64,000 nt of DNA from Eledone cirrhosa (taxonomy: Eukaryota), in contig OZ024742.1 in the NCBI GenBank assembly GCA_964016885.1, positions 240,622,001 to 240,686,000 on the forward strand. Reading direction: 5' to 3'. The position numbers were made by a program, and so were the translations under genes. The notes below the pieces were generated by a model that saw nothing but the letters and a program-made list of their open reading frames with translations, was not told where the DNA came from and did not search any database. Of the stretch, positions 1 to 12,054 are shown one piece after another (the first letter of the stretch is position 1; every line of letters starts with the position of its first letter).

Positions 1-651
1 AGGTGGAACTGTCATTTTCCTGCATGATTCTTTTAAGACAGGCGGAAATAATATATTCTTCAATAGCTACTGTGAATCAGACACCGTACACAACAAAGCC
101 AATGATTTGATAGTAGATGTGCTCTATAGATCACTTCAAACACCCATTCTGCACTTCAAAGAATACCTCAACATCATTAAATGTTATATTCAACAGAGTC
201 ATTCTGGTAACATACTAATAATGGAAGACTTCAATCTACTCTGTGTTGATAGGTCTACAAACAGTTTGAAATCAGGTACTTCCACCACAACCGCTGACAA
301 GGCAGAAGTAGAGTCACTTCTCGACTTTATGGATGCCATTTTTCTGTCCCAGCTTGTTATTGCACCAACAAGATATCAGAAAAACATTTCGGACCTAGTG
401 TTTAGTAACCCCACTAACACTATACACAATATTACAGTGGAAAAAAAGCCCTCCTCCTCGTAGACGACGACATGGTTCTCTGAAACCTGAGATTCCTTCA
501 GTCGAAAGTTAAACCCAATGACCTCTCTTAGCCGACCCATTTGATAACATGGATCTTTTTTATAATGCCAACTAATAACGATCTATCACATGTCGAATGA
601 TCTTTCACACACACACACACGCGCGCACGCACACACACACACACACGCGCG

Positions 652-730
<79 letters not shown>

Positions 731-2850
731 TCACTAACATCAAAACATCCTGGTAGATATTTATAGACATTATTACAAACATATGTGCAAAACATACCCC
801 ATCAAGATCTGTGAACAAACCTAAGTGCAGAATACCAAAAACTGAAAACCTATTATCAGAAAAAATCAAAAGAGCGAACAAACCACCACCAAAAAAAAAA
901 AAAAAAAAAAAAACTGAAATGCTGTTAACACCAACATAAATTTGACTGCTATTGCACTGCCCAAATCAAAAAAGTATAATCAAAATTCATGAAGACCAGC
1001 ATCAATAATCAAAGAACAACTGAGGAAAAATGGGCCATTGAGAAAATCAAACTCAATCCAAAAGTGTTCTTTTCATTTGCAAAAATGCACAAAGTCACTG
1101 TCTCCATAGTTGGCCCTTTGATTGATGAAAATGGCAGTCTCCAAGACAATGCTAAAACCATGGGTGAGATACTGCAGAATCAATACTGCTATGTTTTCAG
1201 CAATCCTGATATGGATGATCTGGGCTGTATCAGTGATGTTAATCCCCAACACAATATCGGACATAACGTTTGGTACATCTGATGTCATAGCGGCAATAAA
1301 TGAAACTAAACACAATTCAGCAGTAGGCCCCGATAGGTTCCCTGCTGGTGTCCTGAAGGTGTGTCGACACGAACTTGCACTTTCTCTAGCTAATCTGTGA
1401 AGCAACTCACTGGACGCTGGCTATATCCCTCCAAACTTTCTGCCCCAGTCTGTCGTCCCAGTTTTCAAAAAGGGAAACAAGTCATTTGCAGTGAACTACC
1501 GCCCGATCTCACTCACCTCTCATGTCATTAATATATTTGAGGCGGTGAATTGGCAGTATCGGTAGAGCGTCGGACGTACTTCCCAGCATAGTTACGTCCC
1601 TTTGCGATCTGAGTTCAAATCCCGCCGAGGTTAACTTTTCCTTTCATCCTTACGTGGTCGATAAAATAAAGTACCAGCAATGTACTGGGTATTTGCTGGC
1701 CTTGTGTCAAAAATAGAAACAATTATTATATTTGAGAGGGTGGTGAGATCACGAATAACTCATTTCCTTGAAAGCAACAATCTCCAGAACTCCAACCAAC
1801 ATGGATTCCTCTAATGGCAGTGACTGCCTAACGTGCTCCTGCATCACTTTGATGACATTTTAAGAGCTTTAGGAGAGGGCTCCAACACTGATGTCATCTA
1901 CCTTGATTTCAGCAAGGCCTTGACAGGGTTGAACACAACATTCTACTGAAAAATACTATCCAACATTTGTGACACTGGAAAGTTACTACAATGGATTAAG
2001 TGTTTCCTGACAAACAGAGCCCAACATGTTCCAACATGTTATGCTTGAAGGAATACAATAAAGTTTAGCCAAAATCACTAGTGGCGTCCCACAAGGCACT
2101 GTGTTGGACCCACTGTGTTGGACCCACTTCTCTTCATTATCTTCATCAACATTACCGACGTTATCAAGCACAGCAACAATATAAGAATCTTTGCAGATGA
2201 TTTCAAGCTCCAGAAGCTCATCAATGAAGTGGGAGACCGGATATGCCTTCAATTAAATCTACTTTTTGTCATCCAATGGGCCAAAAAAAGACAAAAAAAA
2301 AACAAACAAAAAAAAAACAACAAGAAACAAAAAACAAAACTATGCTACTGAACTAAGATACATTTGAACTAATCCACTTTACAAAAGAAGATGCACTGAA
2401 GTTATATTATCTTCCTTCAGGCGAAACCTTCGTGGCATCAAATAACAACAGAGACCTTGGAGTAATTATTGATAACAACCAAAATTAGACTACTCATATA
2501 AACACCAAAGTTGACATGTCCTGCAAGATGAGTTCCTGGATTCTCAGAACTTTCTCTTCTCTACTTTTGCCCGGTCCCATCTTTAATACTCTTGTCCACA
2601 GTAGTCTCGCCACACGAAACAAAGTATTGTGAAAATTGAAGCAACTCAAAATTCAATCACACAAACGATAGACGACATGACATGTGTTGCTTATTTGGGT
2701 CAACTAGGAAAGCTCAAACTCTACTTTCTCCAACGCCACCATGAGCGCTACATTATCTGCGTAATGAGGAAAATATTCCAATAACATTGTCCAAATGAAG
2801 TCGGGATCATCTTTAAAATCCTCCTATTATGATTTCTTCGCATTCTATAG
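1..2850 (+). pseudogene. Degraded CR1/Jockey-group LINE ORF2 (APE endonuclease + reverse transcriptase)
   Basis: APE motifs YRS..(G/E)DFN..PTR..DLVFSN (107-463). RT motifs GPD (about 1325), NYRPISLTS (about 1493), QHGF, IYLDFSK, GVPQGTVLDP and IFADD (about 2185). Many stops and frameshifts; interrupted by (CA)n and a SINE. Confidence 0.88.
1541..1726 (+). mobile_element. tRNA-derived SINE (window-wide family), inserted in the LINE
   Basis: A-box-like TGGCAGTATCGG and B-box GAGTTCAAATCCC. TSD tatatttga at 1532-1540 and 1727-1735. Many related copies in the window. Confidence 0.85.
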
Positions 2851-2867
2851 CGAAACATAATATAATT

Positions 2868-2919
<52 letters not shown>

Positions 2920-3468
2920 CTAGCAAATGACCCCCGTCCATTGGACGGTGTCAGTTCTTGGTAGGGGTGCAATGTTAATGGTCAATTTCCGTGTTGTATG
3001 TTTAACTTGGAGGATAATTTTACCTGATCAACTCTTTCAATAAAAAAAAATGAGACGGTATCCAAAAAGAGCAAGTTTTATTTACAGATATGTGTCATTA
3101 AAATGTGAACATAGAGAAATGTATCGTTAGCCCTGTTGGTTGAACAATGTGTATTTTAAAACATCCATCATGTACACACACACACAAACACATACACACA
3201 CAAACATACACACACATACACACAAACACACACACATACGCACACACACATACGCACACACACATACGCACACAATCCCAAGACGTGACGTTGTGGAAGG
3301 GGGAGAGTTAAGAAGTGTAATAAATAAGTTAAAATTATAAACGCTGTATTTATCATATTCGCGTCACACACACACTCCTCTCTTTCTTTATTTTACTCTC
3401 TCTCTCTCTCTCACTCCTCTCTTTCTATCTCCCTCTCACACATCCTTCTCTCTCTGGCCGTTATGGAA

Positions 3469-3508
<40 letters not shown>

Positions 3509-3849
3509 CACGCACACATACACACACAAACACATACACACACATATACACACGCACATACACATACAATCCCATAACGTCGTGTTGTGGAAGGGGGAGA
3601 GTTAAGAAGTGTGTAAAAGGAACGCTCTCTCTCTTTATGGCCGTCATGGAATTTGTTAGTGCAAAAGTCTATAAGATTATAAAATCGAAGTTTGTGACCT
3701 CGAAATTAATCATTATGAAATAATTTTTTCTTGATGTTACAAACCGTAGCCTATTTTGGCTATGTGTTTAATTTGACAGAGATCGATGGAATATTTTCCA
3801 AGTGAAACTATTTTACACACAAACACAGAACGGGAATTATATATATAGA
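2920..3849 (-). mobile_element. Non-autonomous Helitron
   Basis: Minus strand begins TCTATATATATAAT after an A, and ends with hairpin ccgtcc-aat-ggacgg followed by CTAG then T. No TSD. Confidence 0.75.
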
Positions 3850-3850
3850 T

Positions 3851-4795
3851 ATAAATGTAATCTGAGTTTTTTGAATATTAATAACATTCGATTGGTTTGC
3901 AATTATGCAAACAAGCCTCATTTTTAAAGCCATGTCAGTAGAATGAACTCTCCATTCTTGCTCTTGTGTTGGCATGTATACAGAACTGCAGACACTAATG
4001 TTTCTGGGTATCACCCTTCATCAGTACAGCTCACTGTTCACCTGCCAACTGTCAGAGCTAGTGAAAATATATGCTATTTTTTAAAATATACAGTAACTGA
4101 TCGGCCTGATTTGCATATTAGCAGACTGGCTGATCAGTCAGATCTGCATATTAGCAGACTGGCCAGTCAGTTTCCTGTAAACGAGCGATTAATGGCCGGC
4201 TTTGCCATATCCAAATAAAAAAAAAAGAAGAATTTTCGCTCTACATGGCTGAATACAATAAATGTATTCTGAGTTTTTCGAATATTAATAATAACATTCG
4301 ATTCGATTGCAATTATGCAAACAAGCCTCATTTTTAAAGCCATGTCAGTAGAATGAACTCTTCATTCTTGCTCCGGTGTTGGCCTGATTTGCATATTATC
4401 AGACTGGCTGATGAGTCAGATCTGCATATTAGCAGATCCACTGATCAGCCAGATTTGCATATCGGCAGACTGGCCAGTCAGTTTCATGTATACGAGCGAT
4501 TAATGGCCGGCTTTGCCATATTCAAATAACTAAAAATAAAAAGGTTATCGCTCTACATGGCTGAATATAATAAATGTAATCTGAGTTTTTCGAATATTAA
4601 TAATGCCAACACTAGAGCAAGAATGAGGGGCTCAGTCACTTGTTTAGAAATTAACGTGATGGTAGGAGTCGAAATTCTATTCATTCAGTCCCTCAATAAG
4701 GACTCACCACACGCACACACACACACACACAAACGCACACGCACACACACACACACGCACGCACGCACACACACGCACACACACACACACACGCA

Positions 4796-4873
<78 letters not shown>

Positions 4874-5078
4874 AATGTGGCAAAGCCGGCCATTTATCGC
4901 TCGTATACAGGAAACTGACTGGCCAGTCTGCCGATATGCAAATCTGACTGATCAGTGGATCTGCTAATATGCAAATCAGCTGGCCAATCTGCTAATATGC
5001 AAATCAGGCCGATCAGTCACTGTGTATTTAGAAAATATCATATATTTTCATTAGCTCTGACAGTTGGCAAGTGAACAG
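3851..5078. repeat. Tandem plus inverted repeat complex, probably a PLE pseudo-LTR or retrozyme-like unit, with octamer-rich subrepeats
   Basis: Direct repeats start at 3851, 4258 and 4570. Segment 4875-5078 is the reverse complement of about 4033-4210. Contains an HHR motif and repeated ATTTGCAT. Confidence 0.7.
3983..4032 (-). ncRNA. Minimal type I hammerhead ribozyme motif
   Basis: gagcugua CUGAUGA a-gggu-gau-accc-a GAAA cauuagug UC ugcaguuc. Stem I is 8 bp with GU pairs; stem III is near-palindromic; stem II closes with an A-A mismatch. Confidence 0.65.
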
Positions 5079-5227
5079 GTCATTTAGCAAGGAAAGGACT
5101 AATATATGCGAAGAAAAAATCTAAAAGCTTGTGTTGCTTTTTGAATAAGGAGAATATTTTCTTATAACCATGTATGAAAAATGTGTTAATCAAAGTAATG
5201 TTTTTAAACCTAATGATACTGATGAAC

Positions 5228-6005
5228 CTGGTCTTTACACCCACCTCCCCTTCTCTGACTACCGAATACGGAAACTGGCACATTACTGCACCAGCTCTTG
5301 CAATTCTTGCACTTAATTCATCCTCCTGCCTTCTATCACTCGTGAACACGGCACTGAGATACTTGAACTTCTCCACCTGCTTCAGTGGAACTCCATTCAC
5401 ATGTAGTGCACTACGCAGACTACTTGGAGAGGACGAGCGTCTCAGTTTTCGCAGCATTAATTTTCATTTTAGCCATGCAGCACTCGAAATCAAACACATC
5501 GAGTGCAAGTCGTAGATCACCTTCTGTCAAGTTAAATAACACAATGTCGTCTGCAAATTCCAGCCGACTGATTTTACATCTGCCAGTCGTTATACTACTT
5601 CCAACCCGGCTGTCTTCAATTCGGTATTCGTGCCAACCCTTACCAATGGTCATGAATCTTGGGTAATGACCAAAAGAATACTATGGGTATGTGGTTAGAT
5701 GTCTCAGGAAAGAATCGCTGAACAGATTTTACAAGTAAACCCAACCAGCAGGAGACCCAGGTGCAGACCCTGAGCAAGATGGTTGCATAACATCCACGAG
5801 CTTAGCCAGTATCGCTTGGAGATCCAATCGGATCAGTTAGAGACGGTTGCTTCTGACAGGACCTGTTGGAAGGAGTCATTGAGGACTCTGCGCCCATGAC
5901 CCTCTCAGGAATAAGTGGTAGAAGAAGAAGAAGAAGAAGAAGAAGAAGAAGAAGAAGAAGAAGAAGAAGAAGAAGAAGAAGAAGAAGAAGAAGAAGAAGA
6001 AGAAG
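5228..6005. mobile_element. 5'-truncated RTE-type LINE with 5' inversion and (GAA)n tail
   Basis: Minus-strand RT fragment ISRLEFADD..KINAAKTE..VEKFKYLS (5228-about 5605) joined to a plus-strand 3' end and (GAA)n (5920-6005). A colinear relative lies at 51778-52935. Confidence 0.8.
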
Positions 6006-6018
6006 ATATTAATAGCAC

Positions 6019-6232
6019 TGGTTTCTGATTTAAGCCCGAGGCCAACAATTTGCGGGGGCGGGGGGAGTCAATTAAATCGACCAGTGCGTTACTGGTAGTT
6101 TATTTTATTGACTCCGTATTGATGAAAAACAAAGTAAACCTCGGCGTGATTTGAACTCGGAAGGTAAAGGGTAGTAACAAATGTCTAAAAGTATTCTCTG
6201 GCACACGCTAACGATTCTGTTAATTCCCCGTC
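6019..6232 (-). mobile_element. Diverged SINE copy
   Basis: Similar to the reverse complement of 1541-1726 (actggta..ttattttat..gatgaaa..aacctcggcg..tttgaactc). Confidence 0.7.
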
Positions 6233-6641
6233 TCAAAACAGCATAGGTATTTCTGAGAGTGAGGATGTTGGAGTTTCAGATTATTTAGTAAAGTCCTCTA
6301 CGATCTGTATTCAAATTCCATTGGGGAATGACTTTAACCTCTTCCAGAGTGTATGATTGGGGTTGTTGTATTTTAATCCTAAGTCGTCTCCGGTCGAGCA
6401 GACCTATAATTAAAAAGAGGAAATAATCACGACTGGAATACTTTTGATAATAGGTTTGTTTTGTGAGAGTTGGTCTAAGGTTAAGCAACAACAGTAACAA
6501 CCTATCAAAACAACTAATGCATGTGTCGTTGGCTTTTATGGTTGAGGAAATGCTACATGCCTAGGCGATCACACTACATTTCATACAGTAACCCACTGCA
6601 TGCTGGAGAGCACAACGATAGTTCTGGCGTATCATCTAGAC

Positions 6642-6930
6642 CAGGCATGGGCAACCTTTTCGAGAAGCGGGCCGCATGAGATATGGCTCGTCATCACACA
6701 GGCTGCCAGCGCTAATTTACATTCGTGCCCACATTAAAAAAAGGGGCGGTAACTCAGGTTGTTTTGATTTCTTTCTTCAGAATTCGTACACGTTGTTAGC
6801 CTCGACCGTAAAAATGATAGAAAGATAAATTACGACTGAAAAGTTGGGGTAAAAAATCAGAAAGATTTCACCTAGGTGACTTAGGCGAGCCATTCAGAAA
6901 ACTTCGCGAGCCGCAGGTTGCCCATGACTG
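6642..6930. mobile_element. hAT (Charlie-like) MITE
   Basis: TIRs CAGGCATGGGCAACC / GGTTGCCCATGACTG. 8-bp TSD atctagac/atttagac, matching an NTCTAGAN-type target. Confidence 0.85.
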
Positions 6931-7138
6931 ATTTAGACCGAAACATGTTAACGTCCAGAGCGTTGGATCAATGAATCGACCTGCTGTTTATAAGCTCAAT
7001 TAGTGTTCTCACATGGGCAAACAACAATATATTTCCCATTTCACTGGTATAAGTAATTAATACACATTATGCATTTCCTATCTCAGTCATGTTGTGAATA
7101 TTTCAAACATTAAGAGTACATGTATAGTTATGATGTTT

Positions 7139-7463
7139 GGAAGGAAGGCACTCTCTCGGTTATGAGGATGAGTGATCCAATTGGAATTAACGGAACAACT
7201 TGCTCGTGAAAGTAACGTGCAAGTGGCTGAGCATTCCACAAACACGCGTATCCTTAACGTCATTCTCAGGGAGATTCGGTGTGACACAGAATGTGACAAG
7301 GCTGGCCCTTCGAATTACAAATACAACTCATTTTTGCCAGCTGAGTGAACTGGAGCAACGTGAATTAAGTGTCTTGCTCAAGGACACAGCGCGCCGTCAG
7401 GAATCGAACTCACGACCTTACGATCGTGAACCGAATTCTCCAACCACAAAGCCACGTGCCTTC
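7139..7463 (-). mobile_element. Second tRNA-derived SINE family with a conserved central domain
   Basis: Minus-strand B-box GAGTTCGATTCC followed by GTGTCCTTGAGCAAGACACTTAA. Perfect 15-bp TSD atagttatgatgttt (7124-7138 / 7464-7478). Confidence 0.85.
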
Positions 7464-8063
7464 ATAGTTATGATGTTTACTGTACAAGAAATAGCTTTTA
7501 GACTCATTCTCTCTTATATACACATATATACACCAGGTCAGAACACAAAAGAACCTAACTCCCACTGTCAATAACGAACTAAACGAGGAAGCTTCTTCCT
7601 AGCCAAATAATTCCTTAAAGAAAGGATAGATATTGTGGAGATGTAACACAGGGGTAGATTATGAATGGACACAACTGGAAGACATTTTATTAGAGATTTA
7701 CTCAGCTGGGACCAACATGTAACTAAAGAGCAGCAACAAAAACAAAAACACCAGCAACAACAACAATTACCAAAAGGAAATGTAGTGACTTCTCATTTGA
7801 GCCATCTTTATTGTGAAGTGTAGCAGATCAGTAGCTGTAGTCACTGATCCATTCACACCTCAAACATGAGGAAAGAAAAGGCTTCTCTTTACAGTATTTT
7901 CCCCGCAATGGAACTACCGCAGATACAACATCTCATTTACTGCTACAAGAATAACGGAAATATCTCCCAAATCTAACTTAACTTTTTATCTTCAAGCTTT
8001 CTGTGACCAATTAGTGAAAACAATTTTTTTCCAGTTAAGAGTAGGAAATAAGAAGATAAAGAG

Positions 8064-8144
<81 letters not shown>

Positions 8145-8167
8145 GAGGGAGGGAGGGGGAGAGAGGG

Positions 8168-8199
<32 letters not shown>

Positions 8200-8443
8200 A
8201 GAGAGAGAGAACATAGGTTAAGAAAGAAAAAATAGCTAGCTAGAGAAAGAGGGAGGGAGAGAGAGGGAGAGAGAAGGAGAGAGAGCGGGAGAGAGGGAGA
8301 GAGGGAGAGAGGGAGAGAAAGAGAGAGAGATAGAGAGATAGATAGATAGATAGATATGTTTCTTTATTAGCCACAGGGGCACAAAAGAAGGGGACAAATA
8401 GATAGATAGATAGATATATTTCTTTATTAGCCACAGGGGCACA

Positions 8444-8476
<33 letters not shown>

Positions 8477-8963
8477 GAATAAACGAGCAACTAAAAGAAA
8501 TCAAAAGACGGTAAAATTAAAAACAAAAATAGCAACAACACCCAAAACATGCTAATAATAATAACAAAAAAAAAAAAAGATATAACTATTGAGGTCGCTA
8601 GTACTTTAACGATTTATTGACATTTTTGAAATCGATAAAATCTGCTAAATATCGGTAAAAAGAAATTAAAATAACAAACAAACAAAATGTACAAAAAGTA
8701 TTACAAAAAAAACCCCAACCAAAAAGTAAACGAAATAAAATAAGATATTTTATTTTTAATATATTTTTCATTTTGAAGTAGTTTAAAGAAAATTGTATAA
8801 GAGTATAAGAGTATAGGCTGATCAGTAAACGTCAATCTTTAAAACATTGGAGCAAAACCAAGATCGATGTAAGGTAAAAAGAAAGGAAAATAAAATATAA
8901 GAAAGGAAAATAAATAAAATACAAGGAAACGAAAATATATAAAAAAACAAAATAAGTAAAGTA

Positions 8964-9037
8964 TTGGGTCGTCAAGTATGAAATTTGTAGAAATTTGTAT
9001 TTTTTCTACACTTTTCTACCAATACTTGACGACCCAA
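8964..9037. mobile_element. Very small Tc1/mariner-type MITE
   Basis: Perfect 16-bp TIR ttgggtcgtcaagtat / atacttgacgacccaa, flanked by TA on both sides. Confidence 0.7.
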
Positions 9038-9103
9038 TAATGAAAAGCTAAAGCAGAAACTATCCACTGCAATAACTTTATGGTAGAGTAGAGACCATTC
9101 TGT

Positions 9104-9104
9104 T

Positions 9105-9151
<47 letters not shown>

Positions 9152-9209
9152 GCTGCTGGTGCTGCTGCTGCTGGTGCTGGTGCTGCTGGTGGTGGTGGTG
9201 CTGCTGCTG

Positions 9210-9277
<68 letters not shown>

Positions 9278-9302
9278 GCTGCTGCTGGTGCTGCTGCTGC
9301 TG

Positions 9303-9341
<39 letters not shown>

Positions 9342-9344
9342 TTG

Positions 9345-9387
<43 letters not shown>

Positions 9388-9419
9388 AATTACTACTACT
9401 ACTACTACTACTACTATTG

Positions 9420-9454
<35 letters not shown>

Positions 9455-9473
9455 GCAGCTATTGCTGCTGCTG

Positions 9474-9505
<32 letters not shown>

Positions 9506-9524
9506 GCAGCTATTGCTGCTGCTG

Positions 9525-9622
<98 letters not shown>

Positions 9623-9635
9623 GCTGCTGCTGCCG
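9104..9635. repeat. Compound (CTA)n/(CTG)n trinucleotide microsatellite
   Basis: Directly visible; it produces the spurious poly-Val and poly-Leu ORFs. Confidence 0.97.
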
Positions 9636-9659
9636 TTGCTGTTACTTGAATCAACTAAT

Positions 9660-10510
9660 CAACCAGAGCACACGTGAGGAACCAGCTCGACCTCAGCCCC
9701 GCTGACGTCCATCTCCTTTCCTCTCTGTAGACGTCCAGTCCCACCATAGCAAATGAGACGCCAACCTATGTGACATGGCCTCGGACAGGCTAGAGTGCCG
9801 GCTTAACCAGCACCGTCTGGCATGGTTTCGTTCGGCTTCCCAACCCCACAGCGATACCTGGCTTAATACCATATGATCGCTCTCAACTGATACTCAACTT
9901 TATAGCGACTGTTTGGGTATCGTTGTTTTCTCGTGGTTCATCCTCCGGATCTTGAACCGTACAAATGTAACGGTGAACTCTTTCGCCTACACCAACTATC
10001 ATGCCGTTATAGTGTCGGCCTCATACACCTCAACGAATCATAAAACATGGCTTAGACTCGGCACGCTTTCCTTCTCAGTTCTCGGGAACGGCCAGCGGCA
10101 TAACAATATTCCCGTTCTGCAGTCGTAATCCCCTCTCCCTCATATGGGATGCTACATGCTGTGACACCTTCTCCAGTGGCAACCTGGTGCATTCAGTGAC
10201 TAACCCAGGTTTCAGTGTTCCTCACGCTGAAGATTGCAAACTGTCGAAGTATTGGTCGCTCTCTGGTAGGTATGTGGTCGAATATCTGACTGTGGAGACT
10301 TCCGGAGTCCTTGGCCCTCGGATCACCTCCCTACTCACTACTATTGGGCTGAGTTGGCTACCCGCAGAAGAGAGCATCACAGGTTGGAATGGCTATTCCA
10401 ACGCGCCTTCCTCGCCATCATCTAGGGCAACATTTTCTCCATTCTGTCCGCACAAGAGAATGCTCCCCTACTCCGCCCTTGCCTGCATCCCTGGGGTAGC
10501 GATGCTGAGT
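9660..10510 (+). pseudogene. Degraded CRE-like non-LTR retrotransposon 3' part (restriction-like endonuclease)
   Basis: WDATCCDT..PG..AE..K..KY..L....VET.G.LG pattern (10145-10330). A related fragment lies at 43330-43590. Confidence 0.65.
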
Positions 10511-11354
10511 AGTAACAGATATTCTAGTTGATTCTTGTATTACTAAAATCAATACACAAAATAAAAAAAAACGGATTAATATATATTGAAAAAAAAACAA
10601 GAAGTAGAAATGAAGTCCATAATGTAGGGTGATATAATTTATTTGAAACTGAAAACCCACAGATTGATACACCGAGTTTACCGTTACTGATCTTAAACCA
10701 CGAAATCATTACTGTATTAAATCGCTAATTAGTAAGTTTTACTTAGTAAGTTTACTTTAGTAAGTTTACTTATTTAAGAAAACACCCCCTATCAGTAACA
10801 ACAACAGATTTTGCAAAAGAAACCTACATGTAAACTCTAAAATTTGAACCGCAGTATATCTCATGATATGTCTGGATGGGCAGTGAAATGATATTGCTAC
10901 CATCCATATAGGAGAAACTGACATAGTATTTGAGAGAAAACTAAGGAACATTGATGCGGGCACAATGAAAAGAGACCTACGTCTGTGCTCTAACAACATG
11001 GATATGGATAAACTTGATTAATGGGGGAACAATGTCCAAATAGAAATCAGAGATAGTGAGATCACTGGAGGTGAAATATCGAGGAAGAATCATTGTTTTT
11101 AGTCATTCAAAAACATAAAAAAACTGTTAAATTTACTTATTGTTTTGTGTCCAAATTTCTGTCACGGCCTGGTTAATGACCCAGTTCTACTACAACTTCA
11201 CCCAAGTGGAACTGTGCCAGTGATCAGGTCGCAAACAGTGCAACGAAGATTTTAACACGAAGAAATAAATGATAATTGGAAAGTGAATTTAACAGTTTTC
11301 TACGTTTTTGAATAGTTAAATGATATTTCTACATGATCCATGACTTCATTCCAT

Positions 11355-11974
11355 AGCTACATACATGGTGGCTGCCAACTCGTTTTCGAGTACGGCCACT
11401 ACTTTATATCCATGTAGGAGAACCCCTACTGATGCGCTGAACGAGTGTGACTTTTTAGTCCAGCCAGCGACTTGAAAACTCTGGTACAAAGACTACACTT
11501 GTGACAATTATTGACACATAGTGTTGGGCCCATGGTACCATGTGACGACAAGTGCAGAGAGATCTCCAGATATAAAGCAATGCCTGTGCTGTAAAGCTTT
11601 TATAGTGAGCAAAGGCACTGCACAAAGCGAGTCCCACTCTCTTAACCAAAATGATATTTACCAAAAAGAAGAACAAGTCAACATCATTGGATACCATCAG
11701 GGTTGCAGGTGTTATATCAGAGTTTTCCTTCTCCTAGAATTCTGCCTTGACAAAGGCTAAGGGGTCATCTCTCCCGGTGATTTTGGATGGCCATTGACTC
11801 TTAAGAGCTCCTTTGCCCTTTGACAGGTTTTGTTTTTAGTCCTGCAGGATGTCCAAAGTCACCCTCCTCACCAAGAAACCTTAGTGGGGTTGCCAGTTTA
11901 GTCGCCAACGACCCGACCATGAGACAGGTTGTACTGGGATACATGTTACCAGTAGCACCAACTGGTGACCTGAC
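11355..11974 (-). mobile_element. Non-autonomous RTE derivative (5' UTR fused to C2H2-bearing 3' end, ATGT tail)
   Basis: RTE-type UTR motif AGGAGAAGGAAAACTCTGA; minus-strand C2H2 remnant C..C.RVFKSLAGLKSH. Near-identical copy at 44599-45198; flanks share agctacatacat. Confidence 0.7.
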
Positions 11975-12054
11975 ATAAGCTACATACATACATACATACA
12001 TACATACATACATACATACATACATACATACATACATACATACATACATACATA

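Noticed and set aside
1541-1630. tRNA-like A/B boxes here and in other SINE heads
   Set aside because: No cloverleaf, and they belong to a dispersed SINE with TSDs, so they are not tRNA genes.
11103-11315. Imperfect 35-bp inverted repeat (11103-11138 / 11281-11315)
   Set aside because: Possibly an old MITE, but termini and TSD could not be defined.
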